Of a stretch of DNA of 64,000 nt, positions 19,968 to 29,718 are shown one piece after another (positions within the stretch are counted from its first letter, which is position 1; each line of letters begins with the position of its first letter). This DNA is from a virus (lineage: Duplodnaviria; Caudoviricetes). Where the stretch lies: the IMG/VR virus record IMGVR_UViG_3300031994_000006, positions 32,001 to 96,000 of that record; one strand, given 5' to 3'. A program made the position numbers and the translations under genes. Below the pieces are notes generated by a model. The model ran no database searches, had not been told where the DNA came from, and saw only the letters and a program-made list of their open reading frames with translations.

Positions 19968-21224
19968 ATGGATCAGAAGGACAGACACTGCATCATCTGC
20001 GGACGTGACGACGATCACGTCGATTTTATGATTGAGGGCGAGGACGGCTGCATCTGCGGCGAATGCGCCCGTGAGGCCGCCAAGGTGGCCGAGGCCAACG
20101 ACAGGGTCGAGAAGGCCAGGGCGAGCGAGGGCTCGCATGCCGGCACGGAATTCAAGTGCCCGAAACCCAAGGAGATTGTGAGTTTCCTCAATGAGTATGT
20201 CATCGGGCAGACCGAGGCCAAGAAGGCCATAGCCACCGCCGTTTATAACCATTATAAGAGACTCAACCGTATCGGCGCCGGTACCAAGGTCGAGATTGAG
20301 AAGTCCAATATGATCATGCTCGGTCCGTCCGGCTGCGGCAAGACGCTCCTGGCGAAGACCGTCGCCCGGATGCTCAATGTCCCGTTCGCCATCGCGGACG
20401 CGACGGTGCTGACCGAGGCCGGATATGTCGGCGAGGACGTCGAGAGCATCCTGAGCCGCCTGCTCCAGGCCGCAGACTATAATAAGGACATGTGCGAGCG
20501 CGGCATCGTATTCATCGACGAGATCGACAAGATAGCCAGGAAGGGCGGCGACAACCCGTCAATCACCCGAGACGTGTCCGGTGAGGGCGTCCAGCAGGGA
20601 CTGCTCAAGCTGCTCGAGGGCAGTGTGGTCAACGTGCAGCCCGAGGGAGGCCGCAAGCATCCGGATCAGGAGTTCGTGCAGATTGACACCAAAAACATCC
20701 TGTTCATCTGCGGCGGCGCGTTCGAGGGCATCGAGCGCCGCATAGCGCAGCGTCTGAACATGAGGACCGTCGGCTATACCGCCGCGCTCAACCGCGAGAA
20801 GATAGACTCGGACGACTATATCCAGTACGCGACGCATCAGGATCTGAGGACGTTCGGCCTCATCCCTGAGATACTCGGCCGCCTGCCGGTCCTGACCAGG
20901 CTCAGGCCGCTCGACGAGGCCGCCATACGCAGGATACTGACTGAGCCGAAGAATGCGCTCGTCCGCCAGTACGAGGAGCTGCTCAGGGAGGACGGCTGCA
21001 TGTTGCACATCACGAGCAAGGCGCTCGACCTGATCGCGCAGACCGCGGTCGACTGTGGCCTCGGCGCCAGGGGCCTTCGGACCGTGATGGAGGAGGTGCT
21101 CGGCGACGTGATGTACGACCCGGACTCGTATACCGGAGTCGCCGGACTGATACGCATCGACTCGGCGTTCGTCAGGTCGAGGCTTGACAAGTCGCCCATC
21201 AAGAGACTTAAGGACGCCGCCTGA
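19968..21224 (+). CDS. clpX: ATP-dependent Clp protease ATPase subunit ClpX
   Basis: C4 Zn-binding domain, [37 protein letters not shown] loop, VGY loop and LGARGLR. Confidence 0.96.
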   Translation: MDQKDRHCIICGRDDDHVDFMIEGEDGCICGECAREAAKVAEANDRVEKARASEGSHAGTEFKCPKPKEIVSFLNEYVIGQTEAKKAIATAVYNHYKRLNRIGAGTKVEIEKSNMIMLGPSGCGKTLLAKTVARMLNVPFAIADATVLTEAGYVGEDVESILSRLLQAADYNKDMCERGIVFIDEIDKIARKGGDNPSITRDVSGEGVQQGLLKLLEGSVVNVQPEGGRKHPDQEFVQIDTKNILFICGGAFEGIERRIAQRLNMRTVGYTAALNREKIDSDDYIQYATHQDLRTFGLIPEILGRLPVLTRLRPLDEAAIRRILTEPKNALVRQYEELLREDGCMLHITSKALDLIAQTAVDCGLGARGLRTVMEEVLGDVMYDPDSYTGVAGLIRIDSAFVRSRLDKSPIKRLKDAA

Positions 21225-21248
21225 TGCCGTAACCTCCAATAAACGCTG

Positions 21249-21280
21249 AATCCTGCGGAAAAATGTTGCAGGATTTTTTT
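21249..21280 (+). terminator. Intrinsic terminator after clpX
   Basis: aatcctgc...gcaggatt followed by a T tract. Confidence 0.65.
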
Positions 21281-21297
21281 ATTCCGGAAAAAACCCT

Positions 21298-21305
21298 TAT
21301 CTTTG
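21298..21305 (+). promoter_or_regulatory. Bacteroidota sigma-A -7 element TAnnTTTG (TATCTTTG)
   Basis: Exact match 25 nt upstream of ATG 21331; no well-spaced -33 TTTG seen. Confidence 0.45.
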
Positions 21306-21330
21306 CGTTGTAATTTAAAAGAACAGAAAT

Positions 21331-21681
21331 ATGGGAACTGAAAAGAAAAGGAAATTTAAGGTCACCTACCATAAGTACGGTGTGAGCCAGGAAATGAATC
21401 TCGTCGATCAGTCGGAATTCGAGCAGATCTACAAGCCGACGGTCATGAGGATGCGCGAGCTGAGTGAGGAGATCAATTCACTTAACAAGAAGAAGGACGC
21501 CGACCTGATCAGGGAAAAGCTGAAGGAAATCGGACAGCTGAAAATCCTGGTAGACAGTGTATACGGCTCGTTCTTTACTTCAGGGTCACCGCTCGGCCTG
21601 GCGATGGAGACAGGCGTCATGGAGCTTCCCGCCGCACAGGGCGGATCCTCTGAAGTGTGTTTTAATGAGATATTCGACTAA
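21331..21681 (+). CDS. Hypothetical protein
   Basis: 116-aa ORF with an AT-rich start. Confidence 0.75.
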   Translation: MGTEKKRKFKVTYHKYGVSQEMNLVDQSEFEQIYKPTVMRMRELSEEINSLNKKKDADLIREKLKEIGQLKILVDSVYGSFFTSGSPLGLAMETGVMELPAAQGGSSEVCFNEIFD

Positions 21682-21704
21682 TTCCTAAATTTATATATAC
21701 GACT

Positions 21705-21869
21705 ATGGCTATTTTCGGAGCAGAGGATTTCGGTTTTGACGGATCAGGCGGCGGAGGCGAAGGCTGCGGCTGCGCTGCGTTCGCTTTCATACTCGCACTG
21801 GTGTTCTTCCCGGTTATCGCGCCTTTCGTCCTTATATGGGGAATCTGGCGCATAGTGAGAGGTTCGTGA
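21705..21869 (+). CDS. Small membrane protein (54 aa, not in ORF track)
   Basis: MAIFGAEDFGFDGSGGGGEGCGCAAFAFILALVFFPVIAPFVLIWGIWRIVRGS. Confidence 0.6.
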   Translation: MAIFGAEDFGFDGSGGGGEGCGCAAFAFILALVFFPVIAPFVLIWGIWRIVRGS

Positions 21870-21897
21870 TTTATATTATTGATTTTATTGATTTGAC

Positions 21898-21928
21898 AGG
21901 CCCGGATGATATGGCATCCGGGCCTTTT
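21898..21928 (+). terminator. Intrinsic terminator followed by GCGTTTAAT
   Basis: aggcccggatg/catccgggcct stem followed by T residues. Confidence 0.7.
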
Positions 21929-21943
21929 ACGCGTTTAATCATT

Positions 21944-22375
21944 ATGAATGAACAGACAGATTTCAAATTGCCGTATGATCCTAATGAAGAGCTGAAGAGG
22001 CTCCTTAAGCAGGATATTGACGACCGTGATACCGATCCGAAGTCGGATCACCGTATATGGACGACGACCCACAGGACAGTCAGTATGTGCGGATTCGACT
22101 ATTCCGAATTTATCAAAGGTATCAGGGAGGAGATGGACGGCATACGCGCCGAATATCCGCATATGAACCTGAATGACGACGACTTCAGGCTGTCGACCGA
22201 TGTCGGATGGTGCTACGAGGATTCATTCGGCGAGATTTCCATACAGGCCGATGTCGTAGAACGGGAAGATCAGTGGATCGGCAGGCTCCGTAATAATGCG
22301 GAGTCTGAGAAACGAGAGCTTGAGCAGCTGAAGAGGCTGTCGGATAAACTCGGATACAAAATCGAAAAGAAATAG
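21944..22375 (+). CDS. Hypothetical protein
   Basis: Likely start MNEQTDF just after the terminator and motif. Confidence 0.7.
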   Translation: MNEQTDFKLPYDPNEELKRLLKQDIDDRDTDPKSDHRIWTTTHRTVSMCGFDYSEFIKGIREEMDGIRAEYPHMNLNDDDFRLSTDVGWCYEDSFGEISIQADVVEREDQWIGRLRNNAESEKRELEQLKRLSDKLGYKIEKK

Positions 22376-22378
22376 CAT

Positions 22379-22654
22379 ATGACCGGAATTATTATCCTTA
22401 TGGTAGCAGTCGCGATCCTGATTATCGCCAGTATAATCATAGACAGCTATAGGAAACGCAAGGTATGGTGCCTGATGAGCGGCAGTTCGACCACAGGCTA
22501 TGCGCTGCACGGGGTGTTCTCCTCGCCGAAGGCCGCCGAGGGACATATCAAGGATCACGGACGTCAGGGTGAATGGGCCATCGTCGAGGCGACGGTCGAC
22601 GTCTTCGGGTCCGGCGATCACGTCAAGTTCGTAAAGCACTCGTCCGGCCTGTAA
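22379..22654 (+). CDS. Hypothetical protein with an N-terminal TM helix
   Basis: MTGIIILMVAVAILIIASIII. Confidence 0.7.
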   Translation: MTGIIILMVAVAILIIASIIIDSYRKRKVWCLMSGSSTTGYALHGVFSSPKAAEGHIKDHGRQGEWAIVEATVDVFGSGDHVKFVKHSSGL

Positions 22655-22686
22655 AGCAATATATAGACAAACATAACCAGTAAAAT

Positions 22687-23373
22687 ATGAAGATTTCAGC
22701 AGTATCGGACCTTCACGGCCTGATCAAGTTCAATATCATGCCGGCAGACGTCCTGTTCATTGCGGGCGATATCATGCCGCTTGAGATACAGACGCGTATA
22801 CCGCAGTCGAAGGAGTGGATCAAGAACGCCTTCATTCCCGCGATGGAGGCTCTGCCGGCCGAGCAGATAATCCTTGTGGCCGGCAACCATGACTTTGTGT
22901 TCGAGCGGACTCCGCTGGACGAGATCAAGTCCTGGTTCAAGGATACCAAGATTACGTATCTCTTCAATGAGACGTGTCAGGTAGAGGCCGGGGGCCGTAC
23001 GTTTACCGTATTCGGCACACCTTACTGCCATATATTCGGTAACTGGGCGTTCATGCCGGAGCCTGAGGTACAGGTCAAGGCGTTCGCCGGAATCCCGGAA
23101 CACTGTGACATCCTCGTTTGTCATGACGCGCCCTATGGCGTGAGTGACGTTATCCTGCAGGACATCTTCTGGCGCAAGGAGGGTGAACATATCGGTAATC
23201 CTGAGCTTGCCGATGCCGTCAGGGCCAAGCAGCCGCGCCTGCTCCTGCACGGACACCTGCACTCCACCAATCATGAGAAGGAGATGCTCGGCGGTACCGA
23301 GGTGTACAATGTGTCAATCAAGGACGAGCACTACTGTCACACCTATCCGTCGTTCCATATGAGATTCGAATAG
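22687..23373 (+). CDS. Calcineurin-like metallophosphoesterase
   Basis: SDLHG, AGD, GNHD, CHDAP and HGHLH. Confidence 0.9.
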   Translation: MKISAVSDLHGLIKFNIMPADVLFIAGDIMPLEIQTRIPQSKEWIKNAFIPAMEALPAEQIILVAGNHDFVFERTPLDEIKSWFKDTKITYLFNETCQVEAGGRTFTVFGTPYCHIFGNWAFMPEPEVQVKAFAGIPEHCDILVCHDAPYGVSDVILQDIFWRKEGEHIGNPELADAVRAKQPRLLLHGHLHSTNHEKEMLGGTEVYNVSIKDEHYCHTYPSFHMRFE

Positions 23374-23376
23374 TCT

Positions 23377-23565
23377 ATGGTGCCCTGGGAGAAGTACTAC
23401 GTCAAATGCCCGGACTGCGGACACTCGTTTCTACCGTGGAACGCGCTGATGGTAACCGACTTCCCCGGCGGCGTCAAGCAGGTCCGGATTTGGTGTCCGT
23501 CATGTAAAAAGGATCACCTTCAGTCTGAATATGGAAAAGGGAAACCAGAGGACGTCTGTGACTGA
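23377..23565 (+). CDS. Small Zn-ribbon protein
   Basis: CPDC...CPSC. Confidence 0.6.
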   Translation: MVPWEKYYVKCPDCGHSFLPWNALMVTDFPGGVKQVRIWCPSCKKDHLQSEYGKGKPEDVCD

Positions 23566-23684
23566 GACGTCGGGATTCTGCTGTTATACGGATTGCCTGT
23601 CCAACTATGAGGGAACGTGCAGGCACGGTCTGACGGCGGGATACGGCAGGGATAATTGTCCGATGTATTTAAACAGATATAGTT

Positions 23685-24017
23685 ATGAAGAAGACAACAA
23701 CAGAAACGATTGATTCCGAGATGAAATCGGCCATACATGACGCATCGCTTATGCCGGCACAGGAGGCCTACAACCGTGTGTCGAAGGCCAAGTCCGACCG
23801 AATCTCCGATCTTGTCAGGACGGAGCTCCGTGAGTGTGGTGATTATATTCAGAAGGCCGTCAAACAGGAGAGTTACAAGACAGAATTGCCGAAGGCCATC
23901 AATCAGCGCACGGTCGAATGCCTGAAGGAACTCGGCTATGACGTACAGGTCATTCAGGAGAAGTGCATCGACGGGGTCAGTAAGACTATAATCTCATGGG
24001 ATTTCAGAAGGGTATGA
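23685..24017 (+). CDS. Hypothetical protein
   Basis: 110-aa ORF with an ATGA overlap to the DHFR gene. Confidence 0.7.
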   Translation: MKKTTTETIDSEMKSAIHDASLMPAQEAYNRVSKAKSDRISDLVRTELRECGDYIQKAVKQESYKTELPKAINQRTVECLKELGYDVQVIQEKCIDGVSKTIISWDFRRV

Positions 24018-24589
24018 GACCGAAGGTAAGGATAATCGCAGCCGTCGGACGTGACGGCCTGATAGGCGCGTCGAACGGGCTTGTGTTCAGGTGCAAGGAG
24101 GATATGGCCCGGTTCAAGAGGCTTACGAGCCTTCATGATTCATGCTGCCTGATGGGCGCCAATACGGCACTGTCCCTGCCGTTCGAGGATCATGTCCTGC
24201 CCGGACGCGACTGCTTTGTAATCACGTCGAGGAGATCCGGCAACTTCACCGCGGCCAAGGCCGTCATATCGTCGGTGGATGAGGCGATCTATCATATCTT
24301 CTACGAGCCGAATTCGATACTGTTCGGCGGTTACAGGTGGATTAACGTCATAGGAGGCGCATCCGTATACAAGCAGATGATAGACTGGGTCGATGAGCTG
24401 TGGCTGACGGAGTCCGAGCATTACCTGTACCGTGCCGGCATGGAGGATACGGCGTATTTCCCTGAGATACCCGAGTTGTTCCATACGGGATCGATAGAAT
24501 ACAAGAACAGCCCGTCGTTCGATATCAACGGGGATCCGCTCAGATGCGGCTTTACGTTCACGACCTATTACCGGAACTATACCCTATAG
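24014..24589 (+). CDS. folA: Dihydrofolate reductase
   Basis: IIAAVGRDGLIG, EDMARFKRLT, LMGANT, LPGR, VIGGASVY and DTAYFP. Confidence 0.88.
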   Translation: MRPKVRIIAAVGRDGLIGASNGLVFRCKEDMARFKRLTSLHDSCCLMGANTALSLPFEDHVLPGRDCFVITSRRSGNFTAAKAVISSVDEAIYHIFYEPNSILFGGYRWINVIGGASVYKQMIDWVDELWLTESEHYLYRAGMEDTAYFPEIPELFHTGSIEYKNSPSFDINGDPLRCGFTFTTYYRNYTL

Positions 24590-24652
24590 GGTATAAACTA
24601 TATCCGAAAGGATATAATCATACCCGAAAGGGTATAAACTATATTCGATATA
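24578..24652. repeat. Tandem ~21-bp palindromic units
   Basis: tataccc-tata-gggtata, tatatcc-gaaa-ggatata, ataccc-gaaa-gggtat and a partial fourth unit. Confidence 0.8.
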
Positions 24653-24670
24653 ATATAAAACAACAGACAT

Positions 24671-26191
24671 ATGAGTGAACATACTACAGTAAATCCCGTA
24701 TTCTTTGCAAGCAAGGACATGCAACTTGAGTACTGCGCGAGCGTCGTCAGGCTCGGTCCTGTGACGCCGGTGCCCGATTCCGACCATCTCGGCGTGACTG
24801 AGGTCGAGGGACAGCCCATCGTGGTCGACCGCTTCTCCACCAAGGAGGGCGACGTTATGGTATACTGCATGAACGAGACCATGCTTAACCTGAAGTTCCT
24901 GGCCGTGAACAACCAGTTCGATATATCCGAACGTGCGCAGAACGCGAACGCCAAAGAGGTATGTGCCCTGTATGACGATGACGGATCCGATGAGGCGAAG
25001 GCGAAGGCCAAGGCGATGTGCGGCTTCTTCAACAAGCACGGACGCGTCAAGATGGTCAAGCTCCGCGGCCAGTATTCGATGGGATTCCTGACGTCGCTCG
25101 AGTCTATTGTGAAGTGGCATCCGGAGATTACGCCGGACGTCCTGGACGACGCGGCCGCCCGTGCCCCGTTCAATTTCGATACCGTGTGCGGCGATCTGTT
25201 CCTCAAGGTGTACATGCCTCCTGCCCCGGAGGTCCGTCATCACGGCGGTTCCGGTCCCGTCAACGGCAAGCCGAGGTTCAAGCAGTATATCGACGGTACG
25301 GTCCCGTTCCACTATCATACGGATCCGCTCAACAAGTCGATGGCCGACATCTATCCGGATCAGGACATCGTCGTGACGCCCAAGCTGCACGGCACGAGCG
25401 CTATCTACGGACATGTACAGATTAACAAGAAGGCCAGGAAGACCATTATCTCGAGGATCTGCTCATACAGGCTCAGGACCGGCCGCTGGCAGACCTTCTC
25501 TGAGAAGATGCTCTATAAGAGACATGTCGCCAAGAAGGGCGTCGGACACGGCTATATCGCCTGCAGCCGTAAGATTGTGCTGAACGCGCATGAGGGAGTG
25601 CATCCCCGCGGCGAGTACGGCTGGATACTCGACAACCTCATCAAGGCCGTCAAGCTGCCCGAGGGCATGATCGTATACGGTGAGATTACCGGATACAAGC
25701 CCGGCGCGACGTCCATGATACAGAAGGGCTATGCCTACGGCTCCAAGTCCGGCAGGTGCACGTTCTGGCCGTACCGCATCGTGACGCCTGAGGGTGAGTG
25801 GACGATGGACAGGGTCGTCAAAAAGGCCGCTGAGTGGAAGAAGGCCCTTCCGGATGACAGGAAGGATCTTGTCGGCGTACTTCCGGTCCTCTATAAGGGC
25901 AAGGCCGGCGACATGTATCCTGAATGGAAGCCGGCGGCCGGCGAGAACGCGCTTCTGGAATGGCGTGATCATTTCCTGCATGCCGTCATGAACGACAAGG
26001 ACCGTCTCGGCATGGAGCTCAAGGAGCCGCTTAACGGCGGCAAGGAGTACCGTGAAGGCGTCGTATTCAGGGTAGGCGACAAGAAAATCGCATACAAGCA
26101 GAAATGCCTCAATTTCTCCGCCACCGAAACCAAGCGCGTCGACAAGGGTGAGATTGACGATGAGATGCTCGAGGGTTACGCGGAGGCGTGA
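24671..26191 (+). CDS. RNA ligase (Rnl2/DRB0094-like)
   Basis: N-terminal OB-like segment (VTPVPDSDHL); adenylation motif TPKLHGTS; VYGEI; REGVVFR; YKQK. Confidence 0.82.
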   Translation: MSEHTTVNPVFFASKDMQLEYCASVVRLGPVTPVPDSDHLGVTEVEGQPIVVDRFSTKEGDVMVYCMNETMLNLKFLAVNNQFDISERAQNANAKEVCALYDDDGSDEAKAKAKAMCGFFNKHGRVKMVKLRGQYSMGFLTSLESIVKWHPEITPDVLDDAAARAPFNFDTVCGDLFLKVYMPPAPEVRHHGGSGPVNGKPRFKQYIDGTVPFHYHTDPLNKSMADIYPDQDIVVTPKLHGTSAIYGHVQINKKARKTIISRICSYRLRTGRWQTFSEKMLYKRHVAKKGVGHGYIACSRKIVLNAHEGVHPRGEYGWILDNLIKAVKLPEGMIVYGEITGYKPGATSMIQKGYAYGSKSGRCTFWPYRIVTPEGEWTMDRVVKKAAEWKKALPDDRKDLVGVLPVLYKGKAGDMYPEWKPAAGENALLEWRDHFLHAVMNDKDRLGMELKEPLNGGKEYREGVVFRVGDKKIAYKQKCLNFSATETKRVDKGEIDDEMLEGYAEA

Positions 26192-26220
26192 CCCTTTTCT
26201 TTTCCCGGCGTTATAATCAT

Positions 26221-26712
26221 ATGGAAACAGAGAGAATTATACCGGGAACGCCTATACTGTTCCTGAATGAAATCGACACGCTGAAGTCCGACCGGATGCT
26301 TATGTCCGAGGATACGAGGTACACGCCGTCCGCGATGTCGGCGCTGAATTACGTAGTCAAGTCGGTACCAGGTGTCCTGATTGTCGTGATGACGTCGAGG
26401 CCTGATACGGGTACGCTGGTACATGACGTGGAGAAGGATATGGGACTTGCCGGATTCAACGGGGAAATATATGACTGTATATCCAAGTTCCGCAGGGTAG
26501 GCGAGCCTGTGATGAAGTTCGGCAGGCTCATCGAGAACTGGCTTGATCAGAGATTCCAGCCGGATGACAGGATGAATTTCGCAATCTGCTCGGAATCGGC
26601 GGAGATGCTCTGGCACAGGCATTCCAAGTGGGTGCCTGTCAACGGATACTACGGCATGCTGGCCGTACAGGCGCAGATGGCCGTGGACATATTGACAAAT
26701 ACAGAAGGATAA
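26221..26712 (+). CDS. HAD (Swiss-Army-knife RNA-repair type)-like protein with degenerate catalytic motifs
   Basis: ILFLNEIDTL (for IFLDIDGVL), IVVMTSR, IENWL and FAICSE (for FAILDD). Confidence 0.5.
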   Translation: METERIIPGTPILFLNEIDTLKSDRMLMSEDTRYTPSAMSALNYVVKSVPGVLIVVMTSRPDTGTLVHDVEKDMGLAGFNGEIYDCISKFRRVGEPVMKFGRLIENWLDQRFQPDDRMNFAICSESAEMLWHRHSKWVPVNGYYGMLAVQAQMAVDILTNTEG

Positions 26713-26716
26713 TAAG

Positions 26717-27154
26717 ATGACAAAGAGAGAATACACCGGCTGTATATTCGCGTTCATGTTCGGTGAATGGGCCGTGTTGATGGAGCAGGTTCCTGCTGAC
26801 GGATGGACATTGCCGTCCAGTTCATGTGATCCCCTGGAAGACATCAGGGGCAAGCTTCAGGAGCTGATGGCCGACTGCTTCGGTATGTGTGTGCCGGCGA
26901 CGGACTTCAGCCGGTCGAGGGCCGTGTCCGGATGGATGACCGCTTTCGTCGATCCGACAGGCAAGGACGACGGCCCGGAGGTCATATTCGATGAGCTGTG
27001 TATCACAAAGCTGAGATGGCTGCCTGTCTCCAAGCTGCACAGGTTCACGGACTCTGATACTGCCGAACTCGTCAAGGCCGAGCTGCGTGCACAGGGCTTC
27101 TGGCGCAATCTGTATCATATAATCAAGTCAAAGATTAGGAAGCCTGTATTATGA
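26717..27154 (+). CDS. Nudix-like protein with a degenerate Nudix box
   Basis: VLME..GWTLPSSSCDPLEDIRGKLQELMADCFG...LRWLPVSKL. Confidence 0.45.
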   Translation: MTKREYTGCIFAFMFGEWAVLMEQVPADGWTLPSSSCDPLEDIRGKLQELMADCFGMCVPATDFSRSRAVSGWMTAFVDPTGKDDGPEVIFDELCITKLRWLPVSKLHRFTDSDTAELVKAELRAQGFWRNLYHIIKSKIRKPVL

Positions 27155-27834
27155 ATGTACCTACACAGTTCAAGGACGGATCCAGGATATGGTTCACGTC
27201 GGATACGCATTACGGACATTCCAATATAATCGGATATACGAACCGTCCGTTCAGTGACGTGGACGAGATGGACGCGACATTGGTTGCCAACTGGAACAGG
27301 GCCGTCGGCAAGGATGATCTTGTATTCCATCTCGGTGACTTCTGCTTCGGTACGCCGGGTGACTGGAGGAGCATCCGCGAGCGGCTGAACGGTCATATCG
27401 TTCTGATCCTCGGCAACCATGACATGAAGATGTACGGCAAGAAACCGGAGCTCTTCAGGGATCTGTTCGAATACACATCCCCTCAGATGATGATCAGGAT
27501 TGAGAATCGCAGGGTAATCCTGAATCATTGTCCGCTGCTGTGCTACTCAGGGGCTTTCAAGAATGAGCGGGATGCTACGTGGCAGCTGTTCGGGCATGTG
27601 CACTCGGGACCGCTGAACGACAAGGGCCTTGATATACCGAGGCTCGTACACTGCTTTCCGTATCAGTACGACGTCGGCGTCGACAACAACGGGTTCGCCC
27701 CGATATCATGGAGGGACATCTGTGACAGGATTGACGAGCGGCTGCGTGAGCATGATTTCGAGCTGGGACAGAAGGTAGTTCAGGATTACCTGGAAGACAG
27801 GTCTATACAAAGGCATCATTACGGTCTTATTTGA
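27151..27834 (+). CDS. Calcineurin-like phosphoesterase
   Basis: WFTSDTHYGH, HLGDF, GNHD, LNHCP, FGHVH and DVGVD. Confidence 0.92.
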   Translation: MNVPTQFKDGSRIWFTSDTHYGHSNIIGYTNRPFSDVDEMDATLVANWNRAVGKDDLVFHLGDFCFGTPGDWRSIRERLNGHIVLILGNHDMKMYGKKPELFRDLFEYTSPQMMIRIENRRVILNHCPLLCYSGAFKNERDATWQLFGHVHSGPLNDKGLDIPRLVHCFPYQYDVGVDNNGFAPISWRDICDRIDERLREHDFELGQKVVQDYLEDRSIQRHHYGLI

Positions 27835-27866
27835 TATATAGGATTATAGACAATATTGACTTTATT

Positions 27867-28223
27867 ATGAGTAATAATAGCAGCAATGATACAATAGGAT
27901 GCGGATGCGGCGGATGGATATTCGGCCTTGTAATGACTCTGATCATCATGGCCTTCGGCGGATGCACCGAGACGAGGAAGTTCTCGGATCCCTCGACGGA
28001 TCCCCCGATGACCGTGGTCGCCGAGCCTTACGGCATTTTCAATGAGAAGGACAAGCGTGTCGACGGCGTCGTATACGAGCTGAGCGTCGGACACCTGGTC
28101 TGGTCGGTCATCCTGTGCGAGACGCTGATCACGCCGGCGTATTTCATCGGCTGGAACCTGTATCAGCCGGTCGAGTACATACCGCCCCGGAAACCGCAGT
28201 ATGATGAAAATACCGATAAATAA
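27867..28223 (+). CDS. Membrane or lipoprotein-like hypothetical protein
   Basis: GCGCGGWIFGLVMTLIIMAFGGC and a second hydrophobic segment. Confidence 0.65.
   Translation: MSNNSSNDTIGCGCGGWIFGLVMTLIIMAFGGCTETRKFSDPSTDPPMTVVAEPYGIFNEKDKRVDGVVYELSVGHLVWSVILCETLITPAYFIGWNLYQPVEYIPPRKPQYDENTDK
28215..28222 (+). promoter_or_regulatory. Late-promoter-like GATAAATA
   Basis: Followed by the hairpin aagcctga/tcaggctt and ATG 28252. Confidence 0.55.
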
Positions 28224-28251
28224 GCCTGAGAAATCAGGCTTGTTTTATTTT

Positions 28252-29361
28252 ATGGCGATATATGGAAGCAGTTATTACGGCGGATCATCGACAACCGCGG
28301 CTGTTAATACAAATGATTACAGTCTGTTAACCAAATCGGTCCTTGATGGATATAATCTTACGATTAGTGATCCGAGTAATTTAGTGGGCAGCTACAGGCT
28401 CATTACAAAAAGCCTGTGGAATGCTATCGGCCATTCAAATTTATCTCTGAGGACCAATCCCAGCAGTTCACAGGTGCTCAGGGTCTGTGATCTTGATAAA
28501 ATCACGACTACGCCTGCGGCCGCGCCGTCAGACAGCGTCGCCAATTCATCCTGGACGTCATACGGAATAGGTAATTATGAATACCCGAGTGCCACATGCA
28601 AGTTCATTCTTTTCGAGGACCAATGGAATAACTCCGGAAGTTATTCAACCGGACTGATGCATGCCAAGTATCTTGATTATACAGATTCACTTGGCGGCGG
28701 CGGTTATATCGAAGAGGCCTATTATGAATTTTGGCTGAGACTTGAGGAATTCGCCTGTAATCATACATTTTCCGCAGTATACGGTACACTCAATTCGGCA
28801 TACGGCCAGAATCCCTATATTACAGGAGGCGTTTATAAAAACGGAAAATTTCCGTATTATGAATATACATTCGACCTTGAGTCGACTCAACAAGAACGTT
28901 CCCTGTATAGACTTACAGACAATGAGGGTGATAAACTGACATACTGGGCCAGTAATTCAGATCATCCCAGGGGCGGTCAGATCGGCTGTATCATAGTATG
29001 TCAATGGAGTTCAATCGTCAGTATCAATGACAATCATTTCAAGAATTTCAAGCTTTGGGGAGGCTGGAGAACCGGTACAGGCTGGACTACTTATACACAG
29101 CAGACTACGAATAAGTATTATAACGGAGGAGGAACAGGAGCCTACAATTACGGTAATTCGAGTTCGGGCGTACTTATAGACTGTACGCAGATAAATTCAA
29201 CCAGTCTGAACGCGCCTTGGAATCTCGGATGCTATGTGGATATGCATCCGAATAAATCATATGTTGGTTATGATGGCATTGAAGGGCCTGTCGTCATAGC
29301 ATTTATACCGAATTTTCCAATGACGAAGAATTATCTTTGTCTGTTCCATAAGAATATGTAG
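28252..29361 (+). CDS. S/T/G/N/Y-rich protein, probably virion-associated
   Basis: Likely start MAIYGSS; beta-rich composition; AT-richer than neighbours; late-type promoter upstream. Confidence 0.7.
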   Translation: MAIYGSSYYGGSSTTAAVNTNDYSLLTKSVLDGYNLTISDPSNLVGSYRLITKSLWNAIGHSNLSLRTNPSSSQVLRVCDLDKITTTPAAAPSDSVANSSWTSYGIGNYEYPSATCKFILFEDQWNNSGSYSTGLMHAKYLDYTDSLGGGGYIEEAYYEFWLRLEEFACNHTFSAVYGTLNSAYGQNPYITGGVYKNGKFPYYEYTFDLESTQQERSLYRLTDNEGDKLTYWASNSDHPRGGQIGCIIVCQWSSIVSINDNHFKNFKLWGGWRTGTGWTTYTQQTTNKYYNGGGTGAYNYGNSSSGVLIDCTQINSTSLNAPWNLGCYVDMHPNKSYVGYDGIEGPVVIAFIPNFPMTKNYLCLFHKNM

Positions 29362-29421
29362 TGACCTTTGCCGTTCTGTGCGTTATACATACAGGTATTA
29401 ACATTTAAACAGTATTCATAT

Positions 29422-29718
29422 ATGGCAAGCGGAAAGACAAATGGTACGGCTGAGAGCCCGGTTTTCGTCAAGTGCGACTATTCGTATATCCTCGGCGAGC
29501 ATACATGCGTCAGCGGCCAGTCGGTATTCAAGAAGGAATCCGGCGATCAGGTTGACGAGCAGACGATGAAGGTCTGTGTGGCCCGTGAGCATGCAGGCGG
29601 CAATTCCGTCAGATTCAAGGAGTTCGATTTCGGTTTCATCAGCGAGGCCGAGTTCAGGGAGATTGAGGATACATACAAGAAAGAGGCCGCAGAGGCCGAA
29701 GATCCGTATAATACATGA
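29422..29718 (+). CDS. Hypothetical protein
   Basis: Likely start MASGKTN. Confidence 0.65.
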   Translation: MASGKTNGTAESPVFVKCDYSYILGEHTCVSGQSVFKKESGDQVDEQTMKVCVAREHAGGNSVRFKEFDFGFISEAEFREIEDTYKKEAAEAEDPYNT

